64,000 nt of DNA from Paramoeba atlantica (lineage: Eukaryota > Protista > Discosea): the NCBI GenBank assembly GCA_977017575.1, contig CDRNVI010000087.1, forward strand, positions 310,001-374,000. Direction: 5' to 3'. The translations under genes were made by a program, and so were the position numbers. The notes under the pieces are model-generated. The model made no database searches, was not told where the DNA came from, and worked only from the letters and a program-made list of their open reading frames with translations. Numbering within the stretch: the stretch's first letter is position 1; every line of letters begins with the position of its first letter. Of the stretch, positions 46,262 to 57,315 are shown in pieces.

Positions 46262-47602
46262 AACCCCGCGTCACCAATAAGTGACCCCCCCCCTTATTTT
46301 TAGCACAGGGGGTCGTGGGGGGGTTATCATACCACGTTGTCGTTCAAAATTTTGAGATCTGTACGTTCCCGCTGTTTTTAGCTCATTTTAAAAATTTAAA
46401 ATTCAGTAAAAAAAAAATTTAATTTTTTCAACCTTTTTTCAAAAATGCCAAAATCACCATATCGACTCCCAAGAGGGGGGCTGACTTCTAGTGGAAAGGT
46501 TCTTTTAAAGATGAGGCACGGACAAGGAGTATCAATAAAAGAGATAGCCCGTGATTTCAACGTTTCTAGAAGGATAGTTAAAAAATATTTGAACGAAAAA
46601 AAAACTACCCCAGTATACACTTTGAGTCCTGAGCGAAAAAAAATAATGAAAACTCGTAAAACGAAAATTGAGAAGATAATAACCCCTCTTGACCCCGCTG
46701 GAGTACCGAGACTCAATTCATCAAGGCGCATAGCAGCCCAATTGAAGAAAAAGAATATACAAATTTCAAAAAGAACTGTACAGAGAGACTTATCATCCCT
46801 GGATTACAGTTATGCCGCTCGACCGCTATGCCAAGGGCTTACCGAACGACAAAAAGTAAAAAGAGTTCAATTTGCGTTGAATTACAATATAGATACTTCC
46901 CGTGTCATCTTTACAGACGAAAAAATATTTGATACGAATGATGGCAGAATAAAAATGTGGGTAAGGCGCGGTCAAAAAGCAGCCCCGCGTCAAAAAGTAC
47001 GTTGGGCACCAAGATGCCAAGTTTGGGGTGCTGTAGGGGTGGGGTGGAGGTACTCGGTAATTCTACAAAATGACACATCTATTACAAGTGAGACGTACAT
47101 AGAAACATTAAAAGAGGTAGATTTCCCCCCTAATCGTATTTTTCAGCAAGATGGGGCAACGGCACACACTGCTCGTGCCTCAAAGGAGTACATTGAAAGC
47201 GCAATGAGTGAACTTCTGAAAAATTGGCCCCCCAACTCACCAGATCTTTCCCCAATAGAAAACGTCTGGTCTATGGTCCAAGGGGCGGTGGACGAACAGA
47301 CCCTATCGGATAAGCCTTCACTCATCCGATGTGTACGCAAAGCGCGGTCTCGCTTGTCTCAAAATGTGATCGACAAAACGGTCTTAAGCTTTGACTCACG
47401 CCTTAAGGAGTGTATAAGATTGAAAGGCGAAAAAGTGAAAAAATGGTAATTCCTCAATAAAATATACGTATTCGCTTCTTTTAGTTTCATTCCTTCTCGC
47501 GCAAAGTCTTTGTGTTGAGATCTGCAAAATGCAACAAAAATCAGCTCAAACGGACACTTGTACGAAAAAAAAGTGGGGGGTCACTTTTCATGACGCGGGG
47601 TT
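46262..47602 (+). mobile_element. Complete Tc1/IS630-like transposon
   Basis: TA-AACCCCGCGTCA TIRs with TA flanks. Confidence 0.88.
46445..47449 (+). CDS. Tc1-like transposase, intact, DD35E
   Basis: HTH (SIKEIARDFNVSRRIV), FTDEKIF, FQQDGATAH, WPPNSPDLSPIENVW. Confidence 0.92.
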   Translation: MPKSPYRLPRGGLTSSGKVLLKMRHGQGVSIKEIARDFNVSRRIVKKYLNEKKTTPVYTLSPERKKIMKTRKTKIEKIITPLDPAGVPRLNSSRRIAAQLKKKNIQISKRTVQRDLSSLDYSYAARPLCQGLTERQKVKRVQFALNYNIDTSRVIFTDEKIFDTNDGRIKMWVRRGQKAAPRQKVRWAPRCQVWGAVGVGWRYSVILQNDTSITSETYIETLKEVDFPPNRIFQQDGATAHTARASKEYIESAMSELLKNWPPNSPDLSPIENVWSMVQGAVDEQTLSDKPSLIRCVRKARSRLSQNVIDKTVLSFDSRLKECIRLKGEKVKKW

Positions 47603-48074
47603 TATAATTATAATTATAATTAAGCAGGTTCGACAATCACGACAGGTTCGACTACATGTGTTTGGGCAAGCGCGCGTTTGCTCCCGATATGTTGCTCATG
47701 TAACTTTCTAATGTCTTTGAAGGCAATATATGCTTCTTTGTGAGACGAATTGCCCACCGCCTATTTCCAGTCTCCATGCCTTTACATCTCCAATGCCTTA
47801 CATTGTACATATTCCATTAGGACAGAGTGGGATTGTTCGGTGGACTTTTTTATCTGCTTGAAACCGTAGGGTTCGTTTGCCTTCTGACACCTCATACACA
47901 ATCAAAACATGTTTTCCGAGTGGCAAAGAAACCACCACTCCATAAGCATATCGCCATCCTTGATTTTCGGCATCACAGGAGCCTAGTAACTTGAAGTAGA
48001 AGGCAAAAACAAAATCGAAACTTAGAGGGTTGAAACCTGTTAAGTTTTGCCGAGTTTTGCCAGGACACCGATTT

Positions 48075-48410
48075 TTTGGGGCGTCATTTTGGGAGGCATG
48101 TCACGGCTTCAAGAAGGGATATCTTGTGAAAACAACGGTCTAGAAAGCTAGGATAGGACCCAAACTCTCAAAATGCAATAGGTGTAACTATTTTGAAGAA
48201 CGATTTTTTAAGCTGTATTTTTCGCCAAGTTGAGTTTTTTTCAGAAAAAACCGAACTTGGTGGCCCCGGCCTGTTGATACCAGGGGGAGTCGTCCCCGAG
48301 TACAGGGGTGGAAAATGTGCGCCAATGCCTCGGCTACCCCTTCTGGGGGTTTATTTCGAAAAACGCGTTGTTCAAAATTTTCATATTTTGTGGTGCCAAA
48401 ATGTTTTGCA
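48075..48410 (+). repeat. Family R internal fragment
   Basis: Homologous to 7680-7870 plus 8300-8420. Confidence 0.7.
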
Positions 48411-48615
48411 GCGCACGATGGATGAAGTATGTTCTTCACTAATTCTGACAAGCAATATGCGGGTTTTGCCAGGTTTTTCCTTTCATAGGTTTCAACCCTC
48501 TTAATTTGATTTTAAAGAAGTTTAGAAGAACTTGTGAGGCCCCGTTGTGTGCTCGGACGTCGACTTTTCTTAATCACAAAACAACTTGCCTTTGTACTAC
48601 ACCTCCTACTGAATA

Positions 48616-49335
48616 TTGATGATTGTTGTATCACTCTCTCTGGTTTTCTTTGTACGTACGCGTGATCCTCACGAAAGGCCCCAAAATCGACGTAACGAGG
48701 AATGTGTATTACAAACTTCTACAGATGATAAAGCCGATTGTCGTCCAATAGTTTACTCACGTCCAGCAAAACAACGTGGAGCTGAGATACCTTTGGAGTA
48801 CAACTTAGCGCGGCTGATACAAGAGGTTCGTAACCCTCATCCCACGTGGAACACTTCATGGCCTGGATGTGAGTGGAATGGTGTGTTTTGTGATGCATCC
48901 AAAGATAAAATTACACTCAGTTGGTCCTATCGAGATCTGCGGGGTTGCGTCCAGCTGAAATATTTACCTTCCAAGTTATTACGTTTCTACGTTCGTGCAA
49001 ACTTCTTATTTGGAGGATTTCAGTTCGTCCACTTTCCGATTTGTTGTGGATATATCACACTTTATGGAAACAGCTTCAGTGGTACGCCTGGCTTTCACTT
49101 GATGCCTCCACACATGGAATACCTTGACATGAGCTATAACGAACTAGCTGGTAGTGTTGATTTTTCAAATCTCCCTTCTACTTTATCACACATGTACTTA
49201 CGAGGCAATGCCGAGCTCAGTGGAAAGCTAGACGTTTCAGGACCATTGAAGAATTTGTTATATGATATTGAAGGCACAAGGATATCCGTAAAAAGCGGTG
49301 AACTCTGCCGCTTGAAATCAAGTTTCGTACACTAA
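48616..49335 (+). CDS. Small LRR protein, copy 11
   Basis: RPAKQRGAEIPLEYNLARL, TWNTSWPGCEWNGVFC, 3 canonical LRRs. Confidence 0.85.
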   Translation: MMIVVSLSLVFFVRTRDPHERPQNRRNEECVLQTSTDDKADCRPIVYSRPAKQRGAEIPLEYNLARLIQEVRNPHPTWNTSWPGCEWNGVFCDASKDKITLSWSYRDLRGCVQLKYLPSKLLRFYVRANFLFGGFQFVHFPICCGYITLYGNSFSGTPGFHLMPPHMEYLDMSYNELAGSVDFSNLPSTLSHMYLRGNAELSGKLDVSGPLKNLLYDIEGTRISVKSGELCRLKSSFVH

Positions 49336-49344
49336 AAATTCTAA

Positions 49345-52050
49345 CATTATAGTTGCGGTGGTTGTATAACTACCGCTCTACCCTCGATTATTGAAAAAAA
49401 AGTGAACAAAAACAGTGAAAATATAAAGAGGAACACAGTAAAAAATATAATAGAAGAAAAAAATATAAAAGGGGGCTCCGGTGGTCCAAAATTGAAAAAA
49501 AAATTGAAAAAAATGACGGGTCCATGGGGGGGTCTATGGGGCGCATACCGCACGAATTTTTGTAAAAAAACTATTTTTCGAAAAAAACCCTCAGAAGGGG
49601 TAGCCGGGGTGTTGGCGCGCATTTTCTACCCCCCTACCCGGGGGTGACCCCCCCGCGTACCGTCACCCCCCCCTCACTTGTCCCGACGAAAAGGCCAAAA
49701 AAGCGGAAAAGGCGGATAAGTCGCGTGGTAGGACAAGTCACGTAGCATCAAGAGGAATTGTATGACACATTTTTGTATACATCCGTATAAATGAAAAAAC
49801 CCTTTTTCGAACTTATTAGGTCGGCTTCAGTGCCATCAGCGAGATGGCAGTGCCAGGGAAGACCACGAGGAGGTCCCGACCTTACTTCCCCATTTCGGTT
49901 TTGTGCCCAACTTTCAGAGGAAGTTGGGTTTTTTACAGAAACGGTAACTATCGTTTGAGCAGCTTTCCGAATATACCGTGAACGATAGAGATAAGATGAG
50001 CCCACGTACCAATAGATTAAATACATTGTATATGAATACAAATGTTGTTTACAAGGGAAAAACAATATAAACAGAAAATACACTTTAGATTTATTCTGCT
50101 TTATTATAATACAGCTATCATTTTTAATAAAACAGTTTCTGATCTTTAATGAAGCATACAACGTAGTAATTAGCATGCGTTCCGGTCCCTTAAAGCTGCG
50201 TGCTGCACGCCATATAGTTTTTGTGCTGCACTTGCGTGCTGCACTTGTCCATATAGTTTTTCTTAAAAGTTTTGTTAACGCTTGTGTCCATAAGTTGTAC
50301 TAATGGGGTACATCCGCCAGGAATAAACAAAATATCGATATGCATTTCCTTCAAGTATAGAAGAAGTTCCTTAGTGCGATGTGCCGCGTAAAGATCTAGG
50401 ACAAACAAAGTCTTGTAAGGTGGGTACTTTGATCGGTCGCAAAACTCAAATTTGGCCCACTGTAAAAATGTTACGCCAGTCGTCCAACCAGATTTCGACG
50501 TAGTGCTGGTACATTTATATTTCACGCTGGCTCGCTTGGTTTCTTGTGCAATGGGTCCAACTTCTGATTGCGTGCTCCAAATCAGGTGAGGTGGGTTCAT
50601 CAGGTGCGACCAGGTGTCATCACAATTTTTCGAAGAACGACACCACATCCAACAAGTTGTGATGTTACGCTCTTTTCCAGTTGTACATATCTTGACGCGC
50701 TTGGTTCCACGAAATTCATATGTTAGGCTCCCAGGCAACAGGTGTTTCGTCTCCATGAACAATTACTTTGTAACCGCTGCAGTCTGTATTCATGAGAGAA
50801 AGCATATCTTTCCATTTTCGCACTTTTTCTTCTGCATCCACAGGAAGTAACTGGGTGCAACCGTTCACCCGGCGAACAGAAATGTTTGCCCACTTACAAA
50901 AGCGCAACCAGAATGCCTGTTGGCCTCGGTCAGTAAGGTTCCGGAAGTGATCAGAAACTTCGTTGAACTATTTGACCATCATGCTCTTGGTCACTGAAAC
51001 TAACGACTCCCTCAACACCTGCACAGTTTCCAATCCACCCTGATACACCTCACGATTTCGGAGTGGAGGGTGATATTGGAATTTGTTTCCATACCCGAGA
51101 TGCACAAGTTGCTGCCATTCTTTTTTCTTTGAATAAATTTTGCTTACAGTGCTACCGTCGACCTTGTATTTTTGTGCCACTTTCGCTTGACTTTTTCCGT
51201 TGTCAAGCGCAGCACAAATATTGCGCTTTTGCTGGATGGTGATGTCAATGCGTATTTTTCGCTCAGATGCACTCTGTGATACGGAAACCTGCTGAGCATT
51301 TATGACACTTCCAGACGTGTCTCCCACATGGGGTATTACCGCTGTGTTTTCAGCTTTCGAAGTGATGGGTACTAGTACTTGACTAGCGTTGAATGGTTCA
51401 TAGTTTCGCTTCTTTCTAGACATCTTGATTCAAATAGTTTTTAAAGAGATAATATCTGTAGACTGAATGTCGTACTTTGTAGAGATAGTCGTAACTGCTT
51501 TCTATTAAATACAACTGTAATAGTATGATATACTATTACTGTAATAGTATGTAATAGTAATAAAATTTAATATGTTAGATACAACTGTATCTGCAACTAA
51601 AAAATACGAAAAATATAATTTTCAAAAATGACCAAGGGCAGGGGACTACCACGTGACATATCCGCCCTCAAATTCTCAAAAGCGGATATGTCACGTGGTA
51701 GGACAAGTGAGGGGGGGGTGACGGTATGCGGAGGACGCGTCCTCCAAGTTCGGATTCTTTTGGAAAAAAAGAATTGAAAAGAAATTCAACTTGGCGAAAA
51801 AAATATTTTTCCAAAATCGTTCCCCCTATTGTATTTTGACAGTTTGAGACCCATAGTAGCTTTCTCCGCAGTTGTTTTCGCCAGATATCCCTTCTTCGAG
51901 CCGTGGTATGCACCTCAAAATGACCCAATTCTGACTAAAAAAGGTGAAAAAATATTTTTCGGACCCCAAGGTTCCTTTTTCTGTCGAAAGATTGGTGTGG
52001 GTTCCAACGATAGTGCGCACTGTCCGTGTTGTGAGACATTGACTATTTTT
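49345..52050 (-). repeat. Family R copy (reverse), split by a pogo insertion
   Basis: 49345-49659 and 51725-52050 rejoin at ccccgcgTA/tgcggaggacg to match the reverse complement of 7580-8700. Confidence 0.8.
49660..51724 (-). mobile_element. pogo-like transposon with frameshifted transposase (50190-51423), DD35D
   Basis: 24-bp TIR CCGTCACCCCCCCCTCACTTGTCC, TA TSDs; CENP-B-type HTH (ITIQQKRNIC...VAQKYKVDGSTVSKI), HGDETP, VLDLYAAH, IPGGCTPLVQLMD. Confidence 0.88.
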
Positions 52051-52399
52051 TCATCTATAGTCATGCATAGTCATACTCGGAAAGTTGAGAGGGGGAGAAG
52101 CGCTTTGAAAAGCTGGCCTCTAATGGAAGGGCCCTGCTACCACGCCGGCTGCTTTGCAGCATTAAAATAGTTGCATCTGTAGCATTTCGTTATGATGCTT
52201 CCCACTGAATGCAGACTTCTCTCCCCGTGTGTAAATCGGAGTGCCATCAACAATCGCTGTCACTCGAGAAAACTGGATGAATTTATGACTTTGATTTCGG
52301 ATAAAAATGGAATGTTGGAATAGAAATATCATTTAGGGGTAAAGTTCCCCGAAAGTTTATCATAAAATTGTGAACATGTGATAGTAATCGGCGCATATA

Positions 52400-52590
52400 C
52401 AGGGGGGTAAATCAGATGCTGCGGGGGGTCTAAAAATTGCAAAACGCTTCCAATTTTGGAAAATGATAGCGCATTCGAGAGCTCTCGCAGAGTTCTATGT
52501 TTTAGAAAAGGCAGTTTCCCGGGGTATAGGGGGGTGTTCAACTGACAAGAGGCCCAAAAACGTCAAAATACAAAAATTGTGAGAAAGGTT
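52400..52590. mobile_element. Tc1-family terminal fragment
   Basis: TA-CAGGGGGGTAAATCAGATGCTG..., homologous to 6075-6260. Confidence 0.75.
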
Positions 52591-52632
52591 TTAGACGACT
52601 AATAATTACTCCCCCTTTCATAATTCTTTATA

Positions 52633-53119
52633 CCGTGGAAACATTAATTAAGAATTACACTAATTAAAGGAAAATGGTTTTCAAAAAAAATAATTCCCTT
52701 AATTAGTGTTCCCTTATTTTATTTTCCCTTAATTGCTTTGCGGGAATCAAGTTGAAAATAGCCCAAGATCACGAGATAAGTAGAGGGGGGACCACCCATT
52801 ATCACACTTTTTTCGGTGTGATAATAAGCGAATTGTGTGATAACAAGTGAAATTTCGAAAAAGTGTGTTAATTAGTGGATACTTCACGTATTACAACGTT
52901 TTGGTTGCACATTTCGAATTTTTGACCTAAGCTCTGAAATATTGGTATGTGGGCTCAGCGGGGGTTGGGGGCGCCTGGGCCATGGGCGGAAAGAATAATT
53001 ATTAATTATTAATTGCCTGAAAATGCCAAAAATCGATGAAAAATAATTATTCCCTTAATTAGTGTTCCCTTAATTGGCGTTCCCTTATTTAATGTGTCTC
53101 TTAATTAATGTTTCCACGG
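52633..53119. mobile_element. Nested MITE
   Basis: CCGTGGAAACATTAATTAAG TIRs, TA TSDs. Confidence 0.85.
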
Positions 53120-53535
53120 TAAATATAAACTATAAGTGTTTCGGCCATTTATATTTATATTATATAAAGCTTTAAAAGTGTTTGGTACCGAGATGGATTT
53201 ACTTATAAAAATATTTATATAAATTATGATCATTAGTTCTACTAGTTCTTATGCGCTTTCATGGGGTGTTTGCATGAATAGGTGACCGAATTTTATATGT
53301 AAAATCACACGCATTTGACCACATTGATGAATTTGATAAAAAAAGAGGACCGAACCATAGAACCGAAAAAGAAATTTCTTAAACTATTAGACTTCTTAAT
53401 GTCTAAAAAAAAAGTTCATATGCATTTGATACGCGAATCAGAAGTTTTTTATCCTGCTCTTTTAGCGTTTTTCAGGCGTTTCAAAGTTTTATATAAATTT
53501 ATATAAAACCATGAAACATTTCGGGCTCGAACTTA

Positions 53536-53887
53536 AACCCTGTTCCGGGTTATTGTGCCCCCCCTGCACAATAACTGGCTCTAGGCACAATAACTAAATA
53601 TTGGAAAAAAATAAAAAAAAGGGTAAAAAAATTTGGCGCCGCTTCGCGGCGCCTTTTATATGGACAAACACGTTCATGCGCAGAATGAGTTCTATTTAAC
53701 GAGTGCGCTGTTGAACAAACAACGTTAATTTCGAGAAAGTGGGAATAAAAAACCTGCAAAAAAATGCGGCGCCGCTTCGCGGCCCCATATTTTGGAGAGG
53801 GGGGGCACAATAATAGTGGTCGTTTCCACTTATTGGGCCCCCCCTGCACAATAGGTAGCTCTAGGCACAATAACCCGGAACAGGGTT
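53536..53887. mobile_element. Nested AACC-terminus MITE
   Basis: AACCCTGTTCCGGGTTATTGTGCC TIRs, TA TSDs; TIR resembles that of the 17475 pogo. Confidence 0.88.
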
Positions 53888-54003
53888 TATAAAGAATTAT
53901 GAAAGGGGGAGTACAACTTTCTCCTTACCCCCCTGCATAATATCACAAACAACAACAGAATAATATTTATGTATCTCGAATTATGCATAGATGACTTATT
54001 TTT

Positions 54004-54045
54004 GACTCCTGAGGACTCCTGAGGACTCCTGAGGACTCCTGAGGA
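54004..54045. repeat. GACTCCTGAG x4 tandem repeat
   Basis: Four perfect 10-bp units. Confidence 0.9.
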
Positions 54046-54262
54046 TATAGAGCCGTCTGTATCTTACCCATTGCGGAAAAATGATTTTATTTATCTGTTT
54101 TTTCCCGTTTCCGCGACTAGGACTCATGTCCGAAGTGAAGACTAAACATTTCGAAGATAATCTGGATAAAAGCGCTGTATTAAAATACGAAAGGGCATGA
54201 CTAACCGAAATTATAAATTTCGGCGAAATAACATAGGTCATTTACCACCGCAATTACTTTTT

Positions 54263-55020
54263 TAGGCTCTTCGTTAAACACGGTGGTTGTTTTCAAAGTC
54301 ACTCATGTTGCGCTCTTCGCGTTGAAAACTACCACCGCGTTTAACGAAGAGCCTAAAAAAGAAAAATCGCGAAAAGGTCATGCATAATCTATTTTTTTGG
54401 GGGAAAAACCTCGATTTTTAGGCAAAAAATTCGAAAATTTAACCCAAATTTAGGCCGTTTTTGATGCCTTACCAGTAGGGATAGGAGGCGAATATGACGA
54501 AACAAATGTCGTAGAATGGTAGCTGGGGTTCCAAACTCCTAAAACACGTTTTAGGGTTCTTGAAAAATAATATTTTTACTTTTTTTGGGTCAATTTGTTT
54601 TTGGTCACCCCAAAAATTTCGGAATTTTTGACCTTGTCAGACCCCTCCTGCGCGTACCAGGGGGGGTACCCCCATGGGCGGGGGTCAAAAAATATCGCCG
54701 CGGCATACTCTACCACTTCCCTGCGCTCGATTTTGAAAAGCAAAAAATTCGAAAAAATATTTCGCGACGTATGCCCCCCCCCCTGGACCCCCCCTGGACC
54801 CCCCCCTGGACCCCCCCTGGACCCCCCCCTGGACCCCCCCTGGACCCCCCCCTGGACCCTCCATTTTTTTCATTTTTTTTTTCAGTTTTGGACCACCGGA
54901 GCCCACTCTTATATTTTTTTCTTCTATTATATTTGTGTGTTTCTCTTTATATTTTCACTGTTTTTGTTCATTTTTTTTCAATAATCGGGGGTAGAGCGGT
55001 AGTTATATAACCACCGCACT
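54263..55020 (+). repeat. Family R, apparently complete copy (~760 bp)
   Basis: 5' hairpin 54263-54355, C-run/TGGA VNTR 54774-54859 (7 units), 3' hairpin gcggtagttatataaccaccgc. Confidence 0.8.
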
Positions 55021-55120
55021 AAAAATTAATGAGAGGGAGAGAACACCTTCGAATTTCAATGCATCAAAAGTAAAATGTCCATGAAATTTCTAGATAAAGA
55101 AATTAAACGTTTTTTCTCTG

Positions 55121-55854
55121 ATGTTGCACACGGTTTCTGTTGCGGATATTGAAGACCCACGCATGACGCGACGTGCAGCTAAAGTGAGCACAACTAATCT
55201 TCCACAAGAATATAGTCTTAAGCGACTTATACATGAAATTAAAATACGCATCCCTCGTGGAGTACATCAACCCCGGCTTGTGAGTGGGATGGCGTCTCCT
55301 GTAACAAAGATGATGAGATATTGGCCATAAATTGGATCACGAAAAAACTGACAGGTTCGTTCACGTTTGATTACCTTCCCAAAACATTATACAACTTTTA
55401 TGTCTATAATAACCAACTTTCTGGGGAAGTACCACTGGGTACTCTTCCCTCCACTTTGCGCACTTTCAGTCTTTGGAATAATAAATTTAGCGGGCCATTG
55501 GACTTGACCGCTCTCCCGCTGAATTTGAAGACTTTGATGCTTTCAGGTAACCAATTTACAGGAGAAGTTTGTTTAATTAAATTACCCTTAGGGTTAACCA
55601 GTCTCTGTCTTGACAGGAATCAATTATCAGGTGAACTTTGTTTCAGTGCACTCCCAAATCTGAATATTCTGCGTCTTCACGATAATAAATTTTCCGGAAA
55701 CGTTAATTTAAAAAGCCTTCCGGGTACGTTAGAGGACCTCGATTTGTCATCGAACGCTAAGTTGTGCGGCGAGATAGAGGAACACCATCTTCCTAAAAAC
55801 TTGCGCCTCGGATTCATGATTTTCGGCACTAATATTACACTATTAACGGTGTAG
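55121..55854 (+). pseudogene. LRR copy 12 (subfamily A) with a single 1-bp frameshift; may be a sequencing error
   Basis: RRAAKVSTTNLPQEYSL, then frame change in the A-run at 55241-55246, then HPSWSTSTPACEWDGVSC and an intact remainder. Confidence 0.8.
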
Positions 55855-56196
55855 TGTTGCGTGAAGTTGTACATACCTAGTTGTAATGTAGTTGTACTAA
55901 AGAAGTTGTATTCAAATGCTGAGTTATTCTTTCAAAAGAACGGGTGATAATTGCTGTCCCCACCCGTTTTTGCGCACCTCGTTTTTTGTTGTTGAAAAGT
56001 GCGCCTACATAAAAACAACTACACCTTAGCTCAGTGTGCGCTTAAAAGGGGTCTTCCCGGGTGTGCTTAAACGGGAGCCGGTAGTGTACGAACCTTATAA
56101 TTCAATGCATTGTGCATTCTCTCTGTTGAGATCCATTAGTTTGTTTTTATACGCTATGTTCGATTTTTATTACGGCTACATTCGATTTACAAAGTC

Positions 56197-56757
56197 ATGA
56201 ATATTCCTAAGAGCACAACACGTGTAGGTAAGGTCAGGGGCATGTTTCTCCCTCCGGAATACGAACTCACAAAGTTTATTAGTGATGTTCAACATCTGCA
56301 TGAGTCATGGAATACGACTACACCAGCATGTGAGTGGATTGGTGTGACGTGTAGTGAGCAGGGTGAAGTTAGCCGCATTGCTTGGAGTGGTCGAGGGCTG
56401 TCCGGTACATTGCACTGGGGTTCGATACCACGTTCTGTAACATACCTCGAACTGAGCGGCAACCAATTGAGCGGGTGCGTAAGTTTCGCGTTGCTTCCTC
56501 CTGTACTTGAAAGAATGTGGCTCCAAGGCAACAGGTTTACAGGTGAGCTTCACCTTGAGGACCTGCCGCCTACCATGCTAATTTTGAACATCTCTCGAAA
56601 TCAGTTCACTGGCTTTGTTGATCTTTCTTTTCTGAAGGATTCAAAAATTACTGGATTCGATATAACGGGGAATACAAATCTCCAAGGATCAATTCCGGAA
56701 GGCATTCAACCTAAAACTGTTTGGTGGGGCATTCCGGCTGATTGGATTCAGAAGTAA
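56197..56757 (+). CDS. Small LRR protein, copy 13 (shortest)
   Basis: RVGKVRGMFLPPEYEL, SWNTTTPACEWIGVTC, 3 canonical LRRs. Confidence 0.85.
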   Translation: MNIPKSTTRVGKVRGMFLPPEYELTKFISDVQHLHESWNTTTPACEWIGVTCSEQGEVSRIAWSGRGLSGTLHWGSIPRSVTYLELSGNQLSGCVSFALLPPVLERMWLQGNRFTGELHLEDLPPTMLILNISRNQFTGFVDLSFLKDSKITGFDITGNTNLQGSIPEGIQPKTVWWGIPADWIQK

Positions 56758-57315
56758 GATACAAAAAATATATTGCCCAAACTTTGATTGTCACAGCTTC
56801 ATAAACCTCAACAACTTTATGAGCTTGTATCAGTAATCCCCCATTCTTTACATAGGACAATTTACATAAACCCCTGAGCAAAATAAGGCACTCCCTCCAA
56901 AATCTCAATGCTTCGCTCGTTTGAGCTAATTTTTGTAGCATGTTATAGATCTCAACACAAAGAGTTTGCGCGTTAAGAAACGGAACAAGAAATCCCAAAT
57001 GCGTACATTTGAAAGTCTGATTACAGGGAAGAAATTATGTTGTGTCAAAAAAGAATCGTGTTAATTTCTGGGATTAACACGACCTTTGTTGACACAACAT
57101 ATGTTGCCATAGGGGTTGGGGGTATGCTATCGGCCCTGGGTCGATACCATACCCCCCCGGTATGGTACAGGTCACAGGTATGCTAAACCGGAACCCCGTT
57201 AATTTTGTAGGCCAAGTTTTACGAAATTTAGATTCCCCAGCATTAGCTGATCCCCCCTGCATATGAGCTGATTCCCCCTGCATAACTTTAATACCCATTA
57301 AAGCAAATTAATACC

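Larger units (their letters stand above)
52609..53911. mobile_element. TA-TSD element with CTCCCCCTTTCATAATTCTTTATA TIRs hosting two MITEs
   Basis: 24-bp perfect TIRs, TA flanks. Confidence 0.78.

Noticed and set aside
47625-47655. tRNA T-loop-like ggttcga motifs (also near 59810)
   Set aside because: No cloverleaf or A-box context
54585-55010. Pro-rich or Gly-rich ORFs (54585-55010, 54595-54984, 54685-54906) and similar ORFs at 49347-49647
   Set aside because: Translation artefacts of the family R VNTR and low-complexity DNA
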